DNA of 62,928 nt, filler included, from Neolecta irregularis DAH-3 (lineage: Eukaryota): the NCBI GenBank assembly GCA_001929475.1. It is 11 parts of 11 records of this genome, joined end to end, with 100 filler letters (N's around TTAATTAATTAA, not from the genome) between each part and the next. Parts side by side here need not be neighbours in the genome. Positions count along the whole stretch, not along the records: positions 23,497 to 24,816 come from LXFE01001573.1; positions 24,917 to 54,284 come from LXFE01001575.1; 9 more parts are not named here. One strand, 5' to 3'. Position 1 is the stretch's first letter. The number at the start of each line of letters is the position of its first letter. The notes beneath the pieces were generated by a model. It was given only the letters and a program-made list of their open reading frames with translations, searched no databases and was not told the origin of the DNA. The position numbers and the translations under genes are program-made. Of this stretch, positions 23,497-36,344 are shown piece after piece.

Positions 23497-24816
23497 GTTG
23501 GAGGTTATATCTGGGGGTTGGAATGGTCGGATTGATTCATCGTGTCCTCCATATGTGTAGTTCATTGGAAGTTTAGCTTGATTTAGTCCAAACTTCCATT
23601 CGTTACCTCCCCATGACGTGGTAACTGCTAACTCCATAAGTGATTTTCGGCCCAAAAGAATAGGGTAATGGATATTAGGGACAACATGGAACTCGCCAAT
23701 ACAGTCTGTTCCCCCTAGACAAAACTTAAGACTGATTTTGCCTAGGGTTTTAACTGCTGGTCCTTTAAAAGGGGTCAATTCGATATTGCTTGGTGTTATA
23801 TCGCGAATTCCAAGGCGTTTCAGAAATCCAAGAGAGACGAGATTGGTAGAAGAACCTCCATCAAGGAGACCATTTGCCTCGATATTTGCAAATTGCAACC
23901 AAGTACGGGGACAGGCAGGTGAGTAAGTGGCACTGCTAGGGATAGTATCCGAGATATTGAATTGTGTAAGAGGTTTCTTCCGAGCTCGTGGTGCAAGTTG
24001 TCTCTTTACTTCTGTAGAAATAGATGGTGCATATTCACACAATTCTCCGAGATTAGTATTAACATTAACAGTCCTTAGTATTTTATTAACAAACATCTGC
24101 AAGTGAGGGTTGCCAGACGGTTTTACTTGGTTCTGTCGGCCCTTTACTCGTGGTTCATCTGACTTTGGTTCAGGAAGCTGGGTTGGCATAGGTTCATCGT
24201 CGTTCACAATATCCTCAATTCGGATTCTCTTAGTTCTTCCTTCCTTACGTTCTTCAGTGTTGTACACAGATTCAATAAAATTTGCTTCATGAGGAGGGGC
24301 TTGGTTTGGTCCTTGCTGATATTGTTGAGGTTGATTACTCGTATTCTCGATTTGCTGAGCTTTTGGGATATATCGTTGACACCGGTAAAAAGGATGAGAT
24401 GGTGGACCCAGCTGCCATCCACAGAGCTTGCAGGGGTAACTGCATGTCCTTGCATCATGTCCAGCCTTTAGACAGTTATTGCAATTGTTGTTCGGATTCT
24501 GAGTTCGGGAGTAGGAATTTTGTTGTATGGTTGCAGGGATCTGATGAGCTTCAGTTGCGAAAACCTGGAGATTCTTCATCCCATTCACTAGTTCTGAGAT
24601 ATCACTTCGGAGCTCGCTGCCCAACTTGTTAATTTTCTGGTCAATTTCGGTACTAATTCCTTCAGACTTGGATTTCGGGGACTTTGATTTCAGGTGGGAT
24701 TCAATTCTGCGGTGGCTAGAATGTCGATGCCTGGTATAACCTTCATCATCATCAGAGCTGGAAGAATCGCGATTATGGTTCCTTTTGGTTTCGGATTTCT
24801 TTCTTGGGGAATGGCG
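23497..24816 (-). mobile_element. Ty3/gypsy gag-protease ORF, open across the whole small contig
   Basis: CNNCLKAGHDARTC knuckle, a second Cys/His cluster (CKLC...H...C), protease LLDGGSSTN and YPILLGR. No stops from 24816 to 23497. Confidence 0.85.
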
Positions 24817-24916
24817 NNNNNNNNNNNNNNNNNNNNNNNNNNNNNNNNNNNNNNNNNNNNTTAATTAATTAANNNNNNNNNNNNNNNNNNNNNNNNNNNN
24901 NNNNNNNNNNNNNNNN

Positions 24917-25227
24917 GACCTGTGTCAATTTAGTATTGCGTAAACTATATAGTGATCACCTTTGGTACAGTCGAAGGAGGATCCAAGGTTGTCTCAAAGT
25001 AACTATCGTACAAGCTAGAAGACTCCAATGTATCGGGATGAGCCTATATCAATTTAGTGTTTTCGAATTTGTATAGTAATCACTATTGGTATAGACTGAG
25101 TAGAATCCGATGGTTCCTCGAAGAAATCTTTATTCATGTACAAACCAAGTGGGCGGGACTGGACCTGTGTCAATTTAGTATTGCGTAAACTATATAGTGA
25201 TCACCTTTGGTACAGTCGAAGGAGGAT
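24917..25227 (-). repeat. Tandem exon-intron module array (about 245-bp period), paralogous to 45960-46210
   Basis: Near-identical to 45966-46201. Encodes PDTLESSSLYDSYFETTLDPPSTVPK and VQSRPLGLYMNKDFFEEPSDSTQSIPI, separated by 40-nt GTGAT...AG introns. Confidence 0.8.
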
Positions 25228-25237
25228 NNNNNNNNNN

Positions 25238-26541
25238 TGCAAGATCTTGATTATATTCTGATTCGTTGATGATACCGTTTGAACTGTCTTCTGCAAGATT
25301 TCCATTATATTCTGATTCGTTGATGATACTGTTTGTACTGTCTTCATCTGCAAGATTTTCATTATATTCTGATTCGATGATACAGTTTGTACTGTCCTCA
25401 TCTTCGTTCTTATCGATATGGGATTCGAGACCCTTTCCAAATGCATATGCCATATCTTCATCCTCGCTAGAAGCAAAGTCATCATCCAGGTCATCAGCTA
25501 CAGCAGGACCTCTTCTCTTCACTTCAGCTTCGACGACTTGCTCGCCTCTCATGCGTTGTAATCGATCCTCCTCGAGCTTCTTCAACTTCTCAGCTTCTTC
25601 TTCTGCAATTTCTTCTTCAGTCTTGAGTCTTTCGGTTGGTTTGGCTCGTTTATCAAATATCATTTCTCGCAACGCTTCATCGTACTTTTCGTCGGTTTTA
25701 TCTCGAGGTGTTTCAACAGGGTTTGGCAGTTGGGCTAAAAGAGATCGAATATCACGAAGCTCATCGTCGAGAGCTTCTCGTTCAAGTTCGTCGTCCTCTT
25801 TTTCTTTCTGGCGTTCGTATTTGTGTTGTTTTGATTTAGTCATGATTTCTTCCATGATTTCGCTTCGAGTCTTTTTGCGAGTGTCTGTTTCGAAACCCCC
25901 AAAGTGAGTCCTTTCAACCATAATTTGGTCAATATTTACTGGAGAGTGTCAGCGCCCATGGCTAGATCTTGCGTACCGTTGTCATCATCGCTATTGATAT
26001 CGTCATAGTTGTCGAAATCTTCCAAAGCTTGGCCATAATGCGTCAGTTGGTCATTTTCGAGATTAAAAATATCGGTGTTTCTGGCACGTTTCTAAACTTA
26101 GGGGTTTCGTGAAGTGAAATTTACCTGCTTTTCTTTGGTGAATCGTTCCAACATCTTTTCCTCGGGAGTCATATTGGGATCATCTTCGCCGAACCGTCGG
26201 TCAATTAGACCTCCTGTTTTCTTTCTGGCGGCCAATTCTGCGTGCAGCGCTTTCCTTCGCTATACGGTCAACCACGACAAAGGAGAACCAACGTGATCCT
26301 CTGAAATCTGCTTGCTGACGGCTGGGTTCCCTTCCACGCCTCTTACGCTCCGGCCTACAATTTCGTGTTTCTGTTTTGTGACTTTGAGGCCGTAAGGATT
26401 GAATCTGGATCGAATGCCGTGCAGCTGGGCATCGCGCTGGAGGCTGCTAGTGGCCGGGCATTGTTTCGAGCCCCGCCTGAGCCCGGCATCGCGCAACTCC
26501 TCTTTCAGCTGTTTGAGCTGCGACTTGTTTCCTTTGGCCAT
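25238..26541 (-). CDS. NOP14: Nucleolar protein Nop14, 3' truncated by gap
   Basis: MAKGNKSQLKQLK, GGLIDRRFGEDDPNMTPEEKMLERFTKEKQ, HFGGF, KKTRSEIMEEIMTKSK and DKRAKPTERLKTEEE. Confidence 0.93.
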
Positions 26542-26790
26542 GGCCGACGGCAGAGAATTTTCTGTGGAAACGTGAGGCGGCACGTGCTGCAGGCGGCACG
26601 TGACACCACATGTCGGAGGCGTGTCTGAGACGAAGCCGCAACAAATGCAGTGAGACAAGCGCAAACCAATAAAAGCGGCGGTGCCGGGAGCGGCCTGTCC
26701 GTCACCAGCAACAAATACGACCGGAACAAACACAACAAATACCGGAACAAACACACCACCATGGCTCGGACTCGGAACAAACACACCACC

Positions 26791-27870
26791 ATGGCTCGCG
26801 GCTGCTCGTTGATCCTCGCGCTTTTGCTGCTCGCGGCGTGCGTGGACTCGTCGCCGGTGCGTGCCAAGCGCCCCCGCGAAGACAGCGCGGCCTCGGGCGA
26901 CTCTGGCGACTCTGGCGACTGGGACACCGACTCCTTTGAAGCCTTCCTCGCATCGTTTGGCCTGCCCGATGCCGATCCGTTTGACCCGCCCGGTGCCGAT
27001 CCCGGCAGATCGCCCTCGCCGCAGCTCTTCCTGCGGCCTGTGGTCCTCGACAGCCAGGATTTGCTTCCGTTCGCCCAGTATACGAGGGATCAGCCTGACG
27101 TCATTCCCGCCTACAAACACCCGCGGTCGGCCGCCAGTGTGGAGCCGCAACACGGATCCCAATCTTATCGAGTCAGCCACCCGCCTGCAGAGCCTGGTTC
27201 TTATCGAGTCAACCACCCGCCTTTGTATCAACCGCCACCAAAAAAGCCAACTCACCCAGTCGATCGCTCGTCTTTGCTTGAACCTCGGCCAAAAGTCACA
27301 TACACAACTAAACAAGGATTTGGATTTGATCACCCCAATTCCACGCCTGTGTATCACTCGCAACAAAGATTCCCAATCAAGATGATTCATTCCCCACAAC
27401 ATACCAGGGCTTCTGCCAAAATCCTTTCCGGTCGTTATTCACCGCCTTCAAAGTTCATGAAACCATCTCCCCCCACGGCCTCATACCCCACATTCTCGCA
27501 AGGCAAGTGGACAGATTTTTCAACAGCTTGTGATCTCGCCGCCACTCACCGGGAAAACTTGACAAAAATACTCTCAATGTCTCCCAACGATCCGAATTTG
27601 AAAAACTTTTGTCTAAAAGTAGATCTGGCTCTGCTGAAAGACGACCCCTGGGTCAAATCTTTGGTAAGGTCGACGACGCCAAACTATGACTTGGCAAAGA
27701 AAATAATCAACCAGTCCAGAGGACCAGAGATGAATGGATCCAATCGCCCAAACGTTTCAAAAGCACAGATGGATTTAAAAGAAAAGCAGCAGGCTCAGAT
27801 GGGTTTTTCGCATTATCAATTAATTCCCTTTGTGAATAATCTCAATGATCGAGAGCGATCAGATGACTAG
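26791..27870 (+). CDS. Intronless orphan secreted protein with Pro-rich middle
   Basis: Signal peptide MARGCSLILALLLLAACVDS followed by a KR site, in an ORF of about 359 codons. An alternative ATG at 26761 lies in a 30-bp duplication. Confidence 0.75.
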   Translation: MARGCSLILALLLLAACVDSSPVRAKRPREDSAASGDSGDSGDWDTDSFEAFLASFGLPDADPFDPPGADPGRSPSPQLFLRPVVLDSQDLLPFAQYTRDQPDVIPAYKHPRSAASVEPQHGSQSYRVSHPPAEPGSYRVNHPPLYQPPPKKPTHPVDRSSLLEPRPKVTYTTKQGFGFDHPNSTPVYHSQQRFPIKMIHSPQHTRASAKILSGRYSPPSKFMKPSPPTASYPTFSQGKWTDFSTACDLAATHRENLTKILSMSPNDPNLKNFCLKVDLALLKDDPWVKSLVRSTTPNYDLAKKIINQSRGPEMNGSNRPNVSKAQMDLKEKQQAQMGFSHYQLIPFVNNLNDRERSDD

Positions 27871-28004
27871 CTAGTGCAAATCTTCAAATTCAAAATGTCG
27901 AAATTCTGTTAAAATATTTCTGTCCTTGTGTATAAATAACGGAATGATACTGTGTTTGCGAGTTTTATAAAAAGATAAACCGCATATTCAAGCCTCGACA
28001 AAGT

Positions 28005-29767
28005 TCACGAGAACCATGCGGCAGCTTGATTCTCATCTGCCAAGGCAAATATATATTCTAGAGGCTGAAATTCAATCGCAGGCGGCTTCTTTATCTTGCG
28101 TGTAATTTCAGCCTCAAACATCTTTACATTAGAATAATTAAAATAAACTTGAACCGTCGAATAAGAATGATCCAGAAAATCTTCCATATTGTACGATGGT
28201 TTGGTAAATTGCTCAGACAAGATTTTGGCTAGAGTCGCTACATTTGGATTGAAGTGATTTTGCAGGGAAGCCATTTCCCATAAAGAACTGTCCAAGGCTC
28301 CAGTTTTGGCAGGATCATTTTCGCTGCAATCAAACAAATCTCAAACATCAGTTTGTTGTAAAATGTAAACGTACCGGTACATTGCGGATTGTTCGTCCGG
28401 TGGATCATGGACATGCACGACGGATGTTTCTTGAGTAGATTGTACGTGAGTGGAATTATCGATATGATTGCTCCAGGAGGCGCTGCTAATGCCAGCTGCG
28501 ACATACGTTTTAAGAATGAAGCAATGATGCTTGCGGGTAAATGACTACTATCAGCTTCAACGCCAAGACAACCCTTACGTCGATGACAGAAAGAGCTCTA
28601 AAAGCCGGAAAAACCGCGATCGATATCGCACATGCATCAGATTTCGGTCAAATAAAGCATAAAGTTTGACATAGAAATTGGGATAATCGAGATTGTACTT
28701 TTGCATTAGCTGGAACAGACCATTCAGAGCCAAAAGACTAGTCACGCCGCCTAAGTATAAACATCTCGAATTGCCATGGAATAGTACCCGCATCGTATGA
28801 TTCCGTTAAGAAATCCATTAATAACTGGGGTTTGATCATATATGGTGCGATGCGCCGGTGAACGATGAGTAAGAGCGATTTATATTGATCATTTGTCATG
28901 GGTAACCGTAGCAACGCTAGCCAACATTCCTGAAAGACTTTTTTGTGTGCAGAGAGGGTTTGTATAATGTGCTTTTCAGACTTTTTCGACTCGACTAACG
29001 ATGACCAAAAGGTATCTAGTTCCTTTTCTTCAGTTGGCATTGTATTCAGAGCGAGAAGCAGATTTAAAAGATTGTCGCGCACGGTGTTTTGTTTCGACAG
29101 GTCTGCCGCAGGTAAATGATTTATTGTCTTGCTAACCGTCAACGAAATCTACAAGAGGTGACTACGCTGCGTCCTTGAGAAAAAAGTACCGGATATCATC
29201 ATGTACATTTAAATATTTTGAGCAAAATTCAGCAGATAATGCATCGCTAAAGTGTTTGCTTTGAAGGATAGCCTTTACCGCGTTTATAAACGAACTATTC
29301 GGGAATAAGACACCATCGACACTGTTTTCAAGTCTGGAAATTTGCGCTTTTAGTAGCTTAAAGTATAGCCTCAGCGCGGTAACCTACCTATATAAGATTG
29401 GAATATAATGCAAACTTACTTGCAATGCAGGTTCAGGATGAGCAAACATTTCATATAGAAATTTCACTAGTTGGATGTATTTCTCTTTCAGCCAGTGGGC
29501 GATCAAATTATCCTCGTTGTCCTTATCGCCATCCATTCTCCCGTCTTTCCACAAGTGACAAAATACTCTCGATAAAGCAGATATCCCAAAGTGAATAGTC
29601 TCCGGATGATCCTCTATACACATTTCGAGCAAATCAACAATCTGGTTGTAGTTCGTTGGAGAGGTAATAATCTGTTTCTCTAGTTCTTTGATTTTGGCTT
29701 GCTTGCGAGGCCTCTTCGAGGGCACGCCCTGCAATTTCTCTTCTACTCTTTGTCGTTTTAAAGTCAT
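28005..29767 (-). CDS. NOC4: Nucleolar complex protein 4 (CBF/Mak21 domain), multi-exon
   Basis: LMDFLTESYDAG, LLALNGLFQLMQKYNLDYPNFYVKLY, FFRLLELFLSSTHLP, SSLWEM and MEDFLDHSY. Confidence 0.93.
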
Positions 29768-29868
29768 TTGAAGACTTGTAGGTATACTGGAAAAACGATC
29801 TCCAAGACGGAGTTTTTTTCGTTAATATTTTGTCGTCACGGGATTTCACAATTCGCTCCGATTCATTC

Positions 29869-30979
29869 ATGATACCAATAAAATTACTACACTTTTTCGC
29901 ATCAACAGGATTACCGAAATCGAAAAGTCGCTTTTCTTCATTCAATGCAAAATTCCATGAAAACCCACTGGTATATGTCTACTTAGATTTATTAATATGT
30001 AGGGTTTGCCACGATCTGATGCTCCACCTGTGATTCCTCGAATGCAACGCGGATTACCTCAGAAACGATCCATTCCAGGCGTTGGCAAAGTAATCGCAGT
30101 ATCATCAGCGAAAGGCGGTGTGGGAAAATCTACAATTGCCGGAAAGCTATATTTTATCCATCGTATCACTTATCTGCAGCCAATATAGCTATAGCAGTTG
30201 CTCTCCAAGGCCGGAAAGTGGGTATTCTTGATACAGATATTTTTGGACCATCTATACCAAAGCTATTTAATCTCTCTGGGGAACCTAGGTTATCTCCCAG
30301 TACACCCTTTTCAAATCGTCCTTGTCTAATATACGCAGCTTAGACAATCGACTTATTCCTCTTCAAAATTATGGTGTTGAATCAATGTCAATGGGCTTTC
30401 TTGTTGGTGAAGAAGCACCGGTTGTGTGGAGAGGACTGATGGTCATGAAAGCTTTGCAACAATTATTACATGAAGTTGAATGGGGTGCACTGGATCTGTT
30501 GATTTTGGATTTACCTCCTGGAACAGGAGATACACAATTGACTATTACACAGCAAATTTTATTGGACGGTATTCGTATTTTATAGATCTTCAGCTGACGA
30601 GAGGTGCTGTTATAGTGTCTACGCCACAAGATATCGCGCTTATTGATGCAGTTAAAGGTATCAATATGTTCAAAAAGGTCAACGTGCCTGTATGGTTCCT
30701 TTTATACCCGACTGACTCTAGTTGCTTGGGATCATACAGAATATGAGTATATTTGTCTGTCCCAAGTGCAACCATGAAACATCGATATTCGGATGCGATG
30801 GAGCTAGACGAACAGCAGAAAAACATGGCATTGAACATCTCGGCGATATTCCTTTACATCAAAGTATCTGCGCTCAAGCAGATCTTGGAAAGCCGACCGT
30901 AATTTCTGAGCCGGATGGAATCTACGCTCAAATCTTTAGAGAGATTGCAAAGCGAATTTGTAATAAAATCGGACTGTAA
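29869..30979 (+). CDS. IND1: Mitochondrial Mrp/NBP35-family Fe-S protein (complex I assembly, NUBPL-like)
   Basis: [13 protein letters not shown]-loop, [33 protein letters not shown] and CPKC. Basic N-terminal presequence. Confidence 0.92.
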
Positions 30980-30992
30980 CGTCTTTGGGTGG

Positions 30993-31958
30993 TTATTTTT
31001 GCTCGAGTATTTCAACTTGTTGAATCATCTCCCAAAACTCTTTGACAACCGAATCCATATCGCCTCTTACCGCCAAGAATCGCCGACTCTCAATTCCCGG
31101 ATCCTCAAATGATTGACATGGCAAACCATCAACGACTTTTCCTCCGGCTTCGTAAAGGATTGCGTATCCAGCACAAACATCCCACATCCAAGGACCCAAT
31201 TCCCAGTATAAATCAGCACAACCTTCAGCAACTAGACAAAAATTCAAGGCCGCACTGAGTGTAAATAGCGATTTTAGAGAGATATACCTTCCTGTAGCCC
31301 GTACACCACGGACCATGGCCTTTTTTTCGGCCAACAAACCTTTTAGAGTCTCGCATTTCGCATCAAGCTTTGGTCCTCGATCACTCCCAAATTCGGAGAT
31401 TACCAGACATTGTTGGAGAGTCGATGTAGTTCTTTTAATTCTAGGCAATGGTTTTTCGTTGACCCAGCTTCCTTCTCCCGCAATTGCAGAGTAGCATTTG
31501 TCCAAGAACGGTGCGTAGACTACCCCGACGACAGGTGTTTTGTTGACTGCAAGGCCAATTGAACAAGCTACGAAAGGAAATCCATGAATGAAATTTAGCG
31601 TTCCGTCAATTGGATCGACGATAAATGTCGGATCATCAGTTAATTGAACACCTGCAGAATACGATTCTTCGCCAATGAATCTGAGACATCAGTAGAAAAT
31701 TAGTGCAAAAATACGCAAACGAAATCAATGGAAATTTTTGCAAGAGACGGTTCTTTAGGAATGCCTCCACGTATTGATCTGTTTCGGTGACCAGATCAGT
31801 ACCTTGTTGAATCAGAATAATCATGCATCAATCTGAATACTGTTTTGTTTCTCTACTATTGAGGAAACAGATTGCGCTGCTTGTAGAATGATTTCTCCTG
31901 CTTCTCGCGCTAGTGGAACGAGATAATCGTGAATTTCTCGCAACCCGAGGTCTGCCAT
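30993..31958 (-). CDS. INM1: Inositol monophosphatase, multi-exon
   Basis: DLVTETD, FIGEE, FIVDPIDGTLNFIHGFP, GSAALN and WDVCAG. Confidence 0.93.
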
Positions 31959-31989
31959 TGGAGATGAATAGTAAATACTTGCGAGTGGA

Positions 31990-32070
31990 AACCAGATGAC
32001 AATTCACCAGATAAATTCACCAGATGAAACTAACCAGATACAATTAACGAGATGAAATTAATCAGAATGA
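31990..32070. repeat. About 13-14-bp degenerate tandem repeat in the INM1/NTE1 divergent promoter
   Basis: ACCAGAT(G/A)(A/C)AATT-like unit, about 6 copies. Confidence 0.6.
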
Positions 32071-32278
32071 CAAAGACCAACCTGTGGAATACTTGCCAAA
32101 AAACTACCGAGGTTCCACATTTCTTCTTTTCATGTTATCGCCTGCCATCTTTTTTCTTTCTAGCCCCAAAACAAGAAAAAGACTCCTGTGGCAGATACAA
32201 AACAGCCTTGCAATCCACTTGGATTACAAATGATACCGCCCTTTTAGCACTATTGAATTCCCGGTGTAGTGTTTTGCC

Positions 32279-35200
32279 ATGGGCTGCGGAATCCGGGAAT
32301 CGCAGCTGCGCTCCACTCTCCTCCATCGCACTATGGCCTGGGTGGCTGCCTGGATGCCGGTCTGGCTATTCACCTCCATTTCATTCGTCAATATTACTAT
32401 ACCCAGCCTTGTATTCAGTATTCTATCGTATACCTTTACCGTAAACTTGAATTTCACCTCCATGTAACCACTATTTATGCGAATGGCTTGATGTACTAGA
32501 CTATGCATACTGCTGGCACTTGGACTCGCAATATTTGTGCTTATCCGGTACAAATACCTCACGAAATACTCGAGATTGCCTCCAGAGCCTCCACGAAAAG
32601 AGAGCGAATTGGAGCTGTTTCCAGAGGTACCAGAAGAAGACATGAAGCCGGGATTCCACAATTATATGGACGAGTTTCTCAGCGCTATCAAGATATTCGG
32701 GTACTTGGAGAGACCGGTGTTTCATGAATTGACGAGACAAATGCACACGCGGAAACTTGCTGCTGGCGAAACAATATCACTGGAGGAAGAAGAAGGGTTT
32801 ATTACTGTACTGCCACATAGTTCTCAGTCTGATGGAAGGTTGTCGATGGATGTGTACAGGTTTTTGTCCAGAATACGCAAAACCAGGAGGACGGATGCAT
32901 GGAAGATCGATACCAGATGCTCAACGAGGCAAAAAATGGCGGTATATAGATCTTTATGGCCCAGCTGACCTTGAGCTGCGTTATCGAGTTTCTTTACAAT
33001 TCTGTCCCTCTTCACAGATGATGTTGCACTTGCTACACCGGCTCTCGAGCTCAAGTTTACTCTCGACAAAATAGACGAAGACGATAATGCAGAAAAAGCT
33101 GTTCCAGATGACCCGGTCCAACCTCGATCCGTGCATCGAGATATTATTGCACGGGCGACTACAGATACTACAATTGCCATTATCCCAACAATAGCCTTTC
33201 AGCGTCTTACTAAAACTTATCCCAAAGCATCCGCACACATAGTCCAAGTTATCCTCGCCCGATTCCAACGAGTAACATTTAGCACTGCGCATTCGTATCT
33301 GGGTCTTACCAAAGAAATCCTTAGTGCTGAAAAGATTCTCAACGAAACTGCCAAATTCGAACTTCCCAACTCTGTCCAATTTGAACGCTCAAAACAACGG
33401 TTCCTCAAAAAACTGGAATCGTCGACATCTCCAAACGCTGTCAAAACGTCTAGTATGTATAAACGTGTTTTCTCGAAGAACGCTCATGATATGAAATCTA
33501 TCGCGGATGTTGAAACTATTGAAGCTGAAGATAACCTGTTCAGGGAGAAAATCTTGGACTGTTTGTTCCTTACAGTCGGCCTTGTCTCGCCTACGGAATC
33601 ACCCTCGATCCCCGTTTCGCCAAGGCTCATTAGTCAAGATTACAAAACCAACAAATTCAACAATGCTTTTGTAGCTGTGCTAGGTCAACTCGATGATACT
33701 AGTTCCGTTGTCTCGACTTCAAGTGTTCACTCCACGTCTTCAGAAATCGATTCAGACATTGACATTCTATACTATAAAAGAGGAGAAATACTCATCAAAT
33801 CTGGAGAAGCATATTCCGGCATGTTTTACCTGATCGATGGAACCCTAGAGATGTTGTTAGACGAGACTCCGTTGTTTCAAGTTAGTCCCGGTGGTGTTGC
33901 TGGATATCTTGCTGCTATGGCTGGAGCTCGTTCCTTCATTGATGTTACGGCAAAAACTGATGTTCTCGTTGGTTTCTTTAGTAAAACACAACTAGAAAAA
34001 CTCATTGATCGGAATCCTGTTTTACTTCTTACTATGGCGAAGCGCTTCATCTCGTTACTTAGTACCCTGATTCTTCAGGTCGATATTGCTCTGGATTGGA
34101 TTTCAGTACCTTCCGGTCAAATAATCCATCATCAAGGCGACGATGCAGATGCGATATACATTGTTTTAAACGGTCGAGTTCGATCGCTCTTGGAAGATGA
34201 AAATAAAAAAATAAAAATTACAGGCGAATATGGTCAAGGGGAGAGCCTCGGTGAACTCGAAGTCTTGACAGAAACCAAACGACCAAATTCTCTTCATGCA
34301 ATTCGCACAACGGAATTAGTTAAAGTTCCAAAGATGCTCTTTCAGACGCTCGCCCTTCAACATCCTGGCATAACATTGCAGATTTCGAAAATCCTTGCAA
34401 ATCGGATGGGAAAGTTTATTGATCATCAGGACACACCGAAATCCAACGTCAATTTACGAACAATCGGGATCATTCCTGCTTCAACAGAAGCACCCATTAT
34501 TGAATTTGCAAATCGTCTGGGTAAAGCCTTCGATTCTATTGGAAGTGGCGTGATCATCCTTCATCACGCACATATTATGAATCACCTTGGTCGACATGCA
34601 TTTTCACGAATGGGAAAACTCAAATTGGCTGGATATTTAACCGACCTTGAAGAGCGTTATGCAATGGTTTTGTATGTTTCTGATACGACTGTCGGTTCAC
34701 ACTGGACCCAGACTTGTATAGCTCAAGCAGATGCAATCATGCTTGTCGCCGACGCCGAAGCTGACCCGACGATTGAAGAACATGAACGTTTCCTACTTGG
34801 CATGAAGACAACCGCACGTAAGGAGCTCGTTCTTATTCATCCTGAAAAGTTTGTTCCCCCTGGACTGACAAGGCAGTGGCTCAAGGTAAGAACATGACTC
34901 CCAGAAAACTGACTTGATAGAGCCGTAGCTGGATATCAGCTCATTTCCACGTACAAATGACCAGAGGCAACGTTCGCTCTCCCACTGACTCAACAATGCA
35001 TCACCGGCCTCTTCCGACTCGGGCTTTCACGAACCTTAAGAACAAAGTGAAGATTGTTAAATCCGAGATTTCAAAGATGGCTGGACGGCCGGTGTCTCAT
35101 GCACCAATATACCGAGATACTCAAGATTACAAAAACGATTTTGTGCGTCTTGCTAGACGGCTATGTGGCAAGAGTGTTGGACTAGTGTTGAGCGGTGGTG

Positions 35201-36194
35201 GTGCGCGGGGGATCGCTGAACTGGGAGCAATTCGAGCGATTGAAGAAATGGGCATTCCTATTGATATCATTGGAGGAACAAGTATTGGAGCTTTTATAGG
35301 TGGGTTGTATGCGCGGGATACAGATCATGTTCCTCTTTATGGTCGAGTGAAAAAGTTTGCTGGGAGAATGGCTAGTATGTGGAGAATGGTGAGTATTTCT
35401 GCAAAGTTTTGGCTAATTCCTAGTATTTAGATTTTACCTATCCCCTTGTTTCTTATACTACTGGTCATGAATTTAACCGTGGTGTTTGGAAAACTTTTGG
35501 CGACGCTCATATTGAAGATTTCTGGTACGAGTGCTGTTATCATATTACTTAGATCGAGGCTTCCGTTCTTTTGCAACACGACCAATATTACACAATGTAA
35601 AATGGAGGTTCATACGAGTGGATACGCGTGGAGGTATGTCCGAGCGTCGATGTCGCTGGCCGGTCTTGTTCCGCCACTTTGTGATGAGGGTAGAATGTTG
35701 CTTGATGGAGGTTTGTTTTTCTCGTTTAGCAAGTTTTTGATCTGTTAGGATATATCGACAACCTTGTAGTTTCAACGATGAAGAGTATGGGTGCTGATAT
35801 TGTTTTGGCCGTCAATATTGGGTCTGTTGATGATGATACGCCCATGACATATGGCGATTCGCTGTCTGGTGTGTGGGCAGTTTTCAACCGGTGGAACCCT
35901 TTCAGTTCCCATCCAAATGTCCCTACGCTTACAGAAATCCAAGGAAGGTTAGCATATGTTGCGAGTGTACCTGCTCTCGAAGCCGCCAAGAATACGCCTG
36001 GCTGTATATACATGCGACCACCTGTCCAAGACTATGCAACGCTGCAATTTGCAAAGTTTGACGAGATCTACGAGGTGGGATATAAATATGCCAAAGAATT
36101 TCTTGAAACGGCGTGGCAGCAAGGCAAGTTGGATGGTCTAGTGACCAAAGAACGCCTGGGAATGGCTACCATGGAACGGCGCAACTCGGTATAG
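32279..36194 (+). CDS. NTE1: Lysophospholipase NTE1 (cNMP-binding domains + patatin), multi-exon; start approximate
   Basis: [21 protein letters not shown], cNMP domains, [24 protein letters not shown] and C-terminal RRNSV. Confidence 0.95.
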
Positions 36195-36344
36195 GGGGAT
36201 AGCCATCTGTGGGTTTAAATTGGAGTATTAATGCAATAGACTTTGAACAGTAGATACACATCTGGATGGAGTATTTTTAACATTTCAAATGTGTGAGTAC
36301 AAATTGATATCCAGTCTACTCCAACACCAACTAATCCGACGTCC

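Noticed and set aside
12089..25227. Apparent neighbourhood of SRP14, gypsy, ELF1/RPN2, BTB pair and gag as one locus
   Set aside because: The pieces are separated by artificial spacers and several genes are cut with no continuation on the other side, so their order is unreliable.
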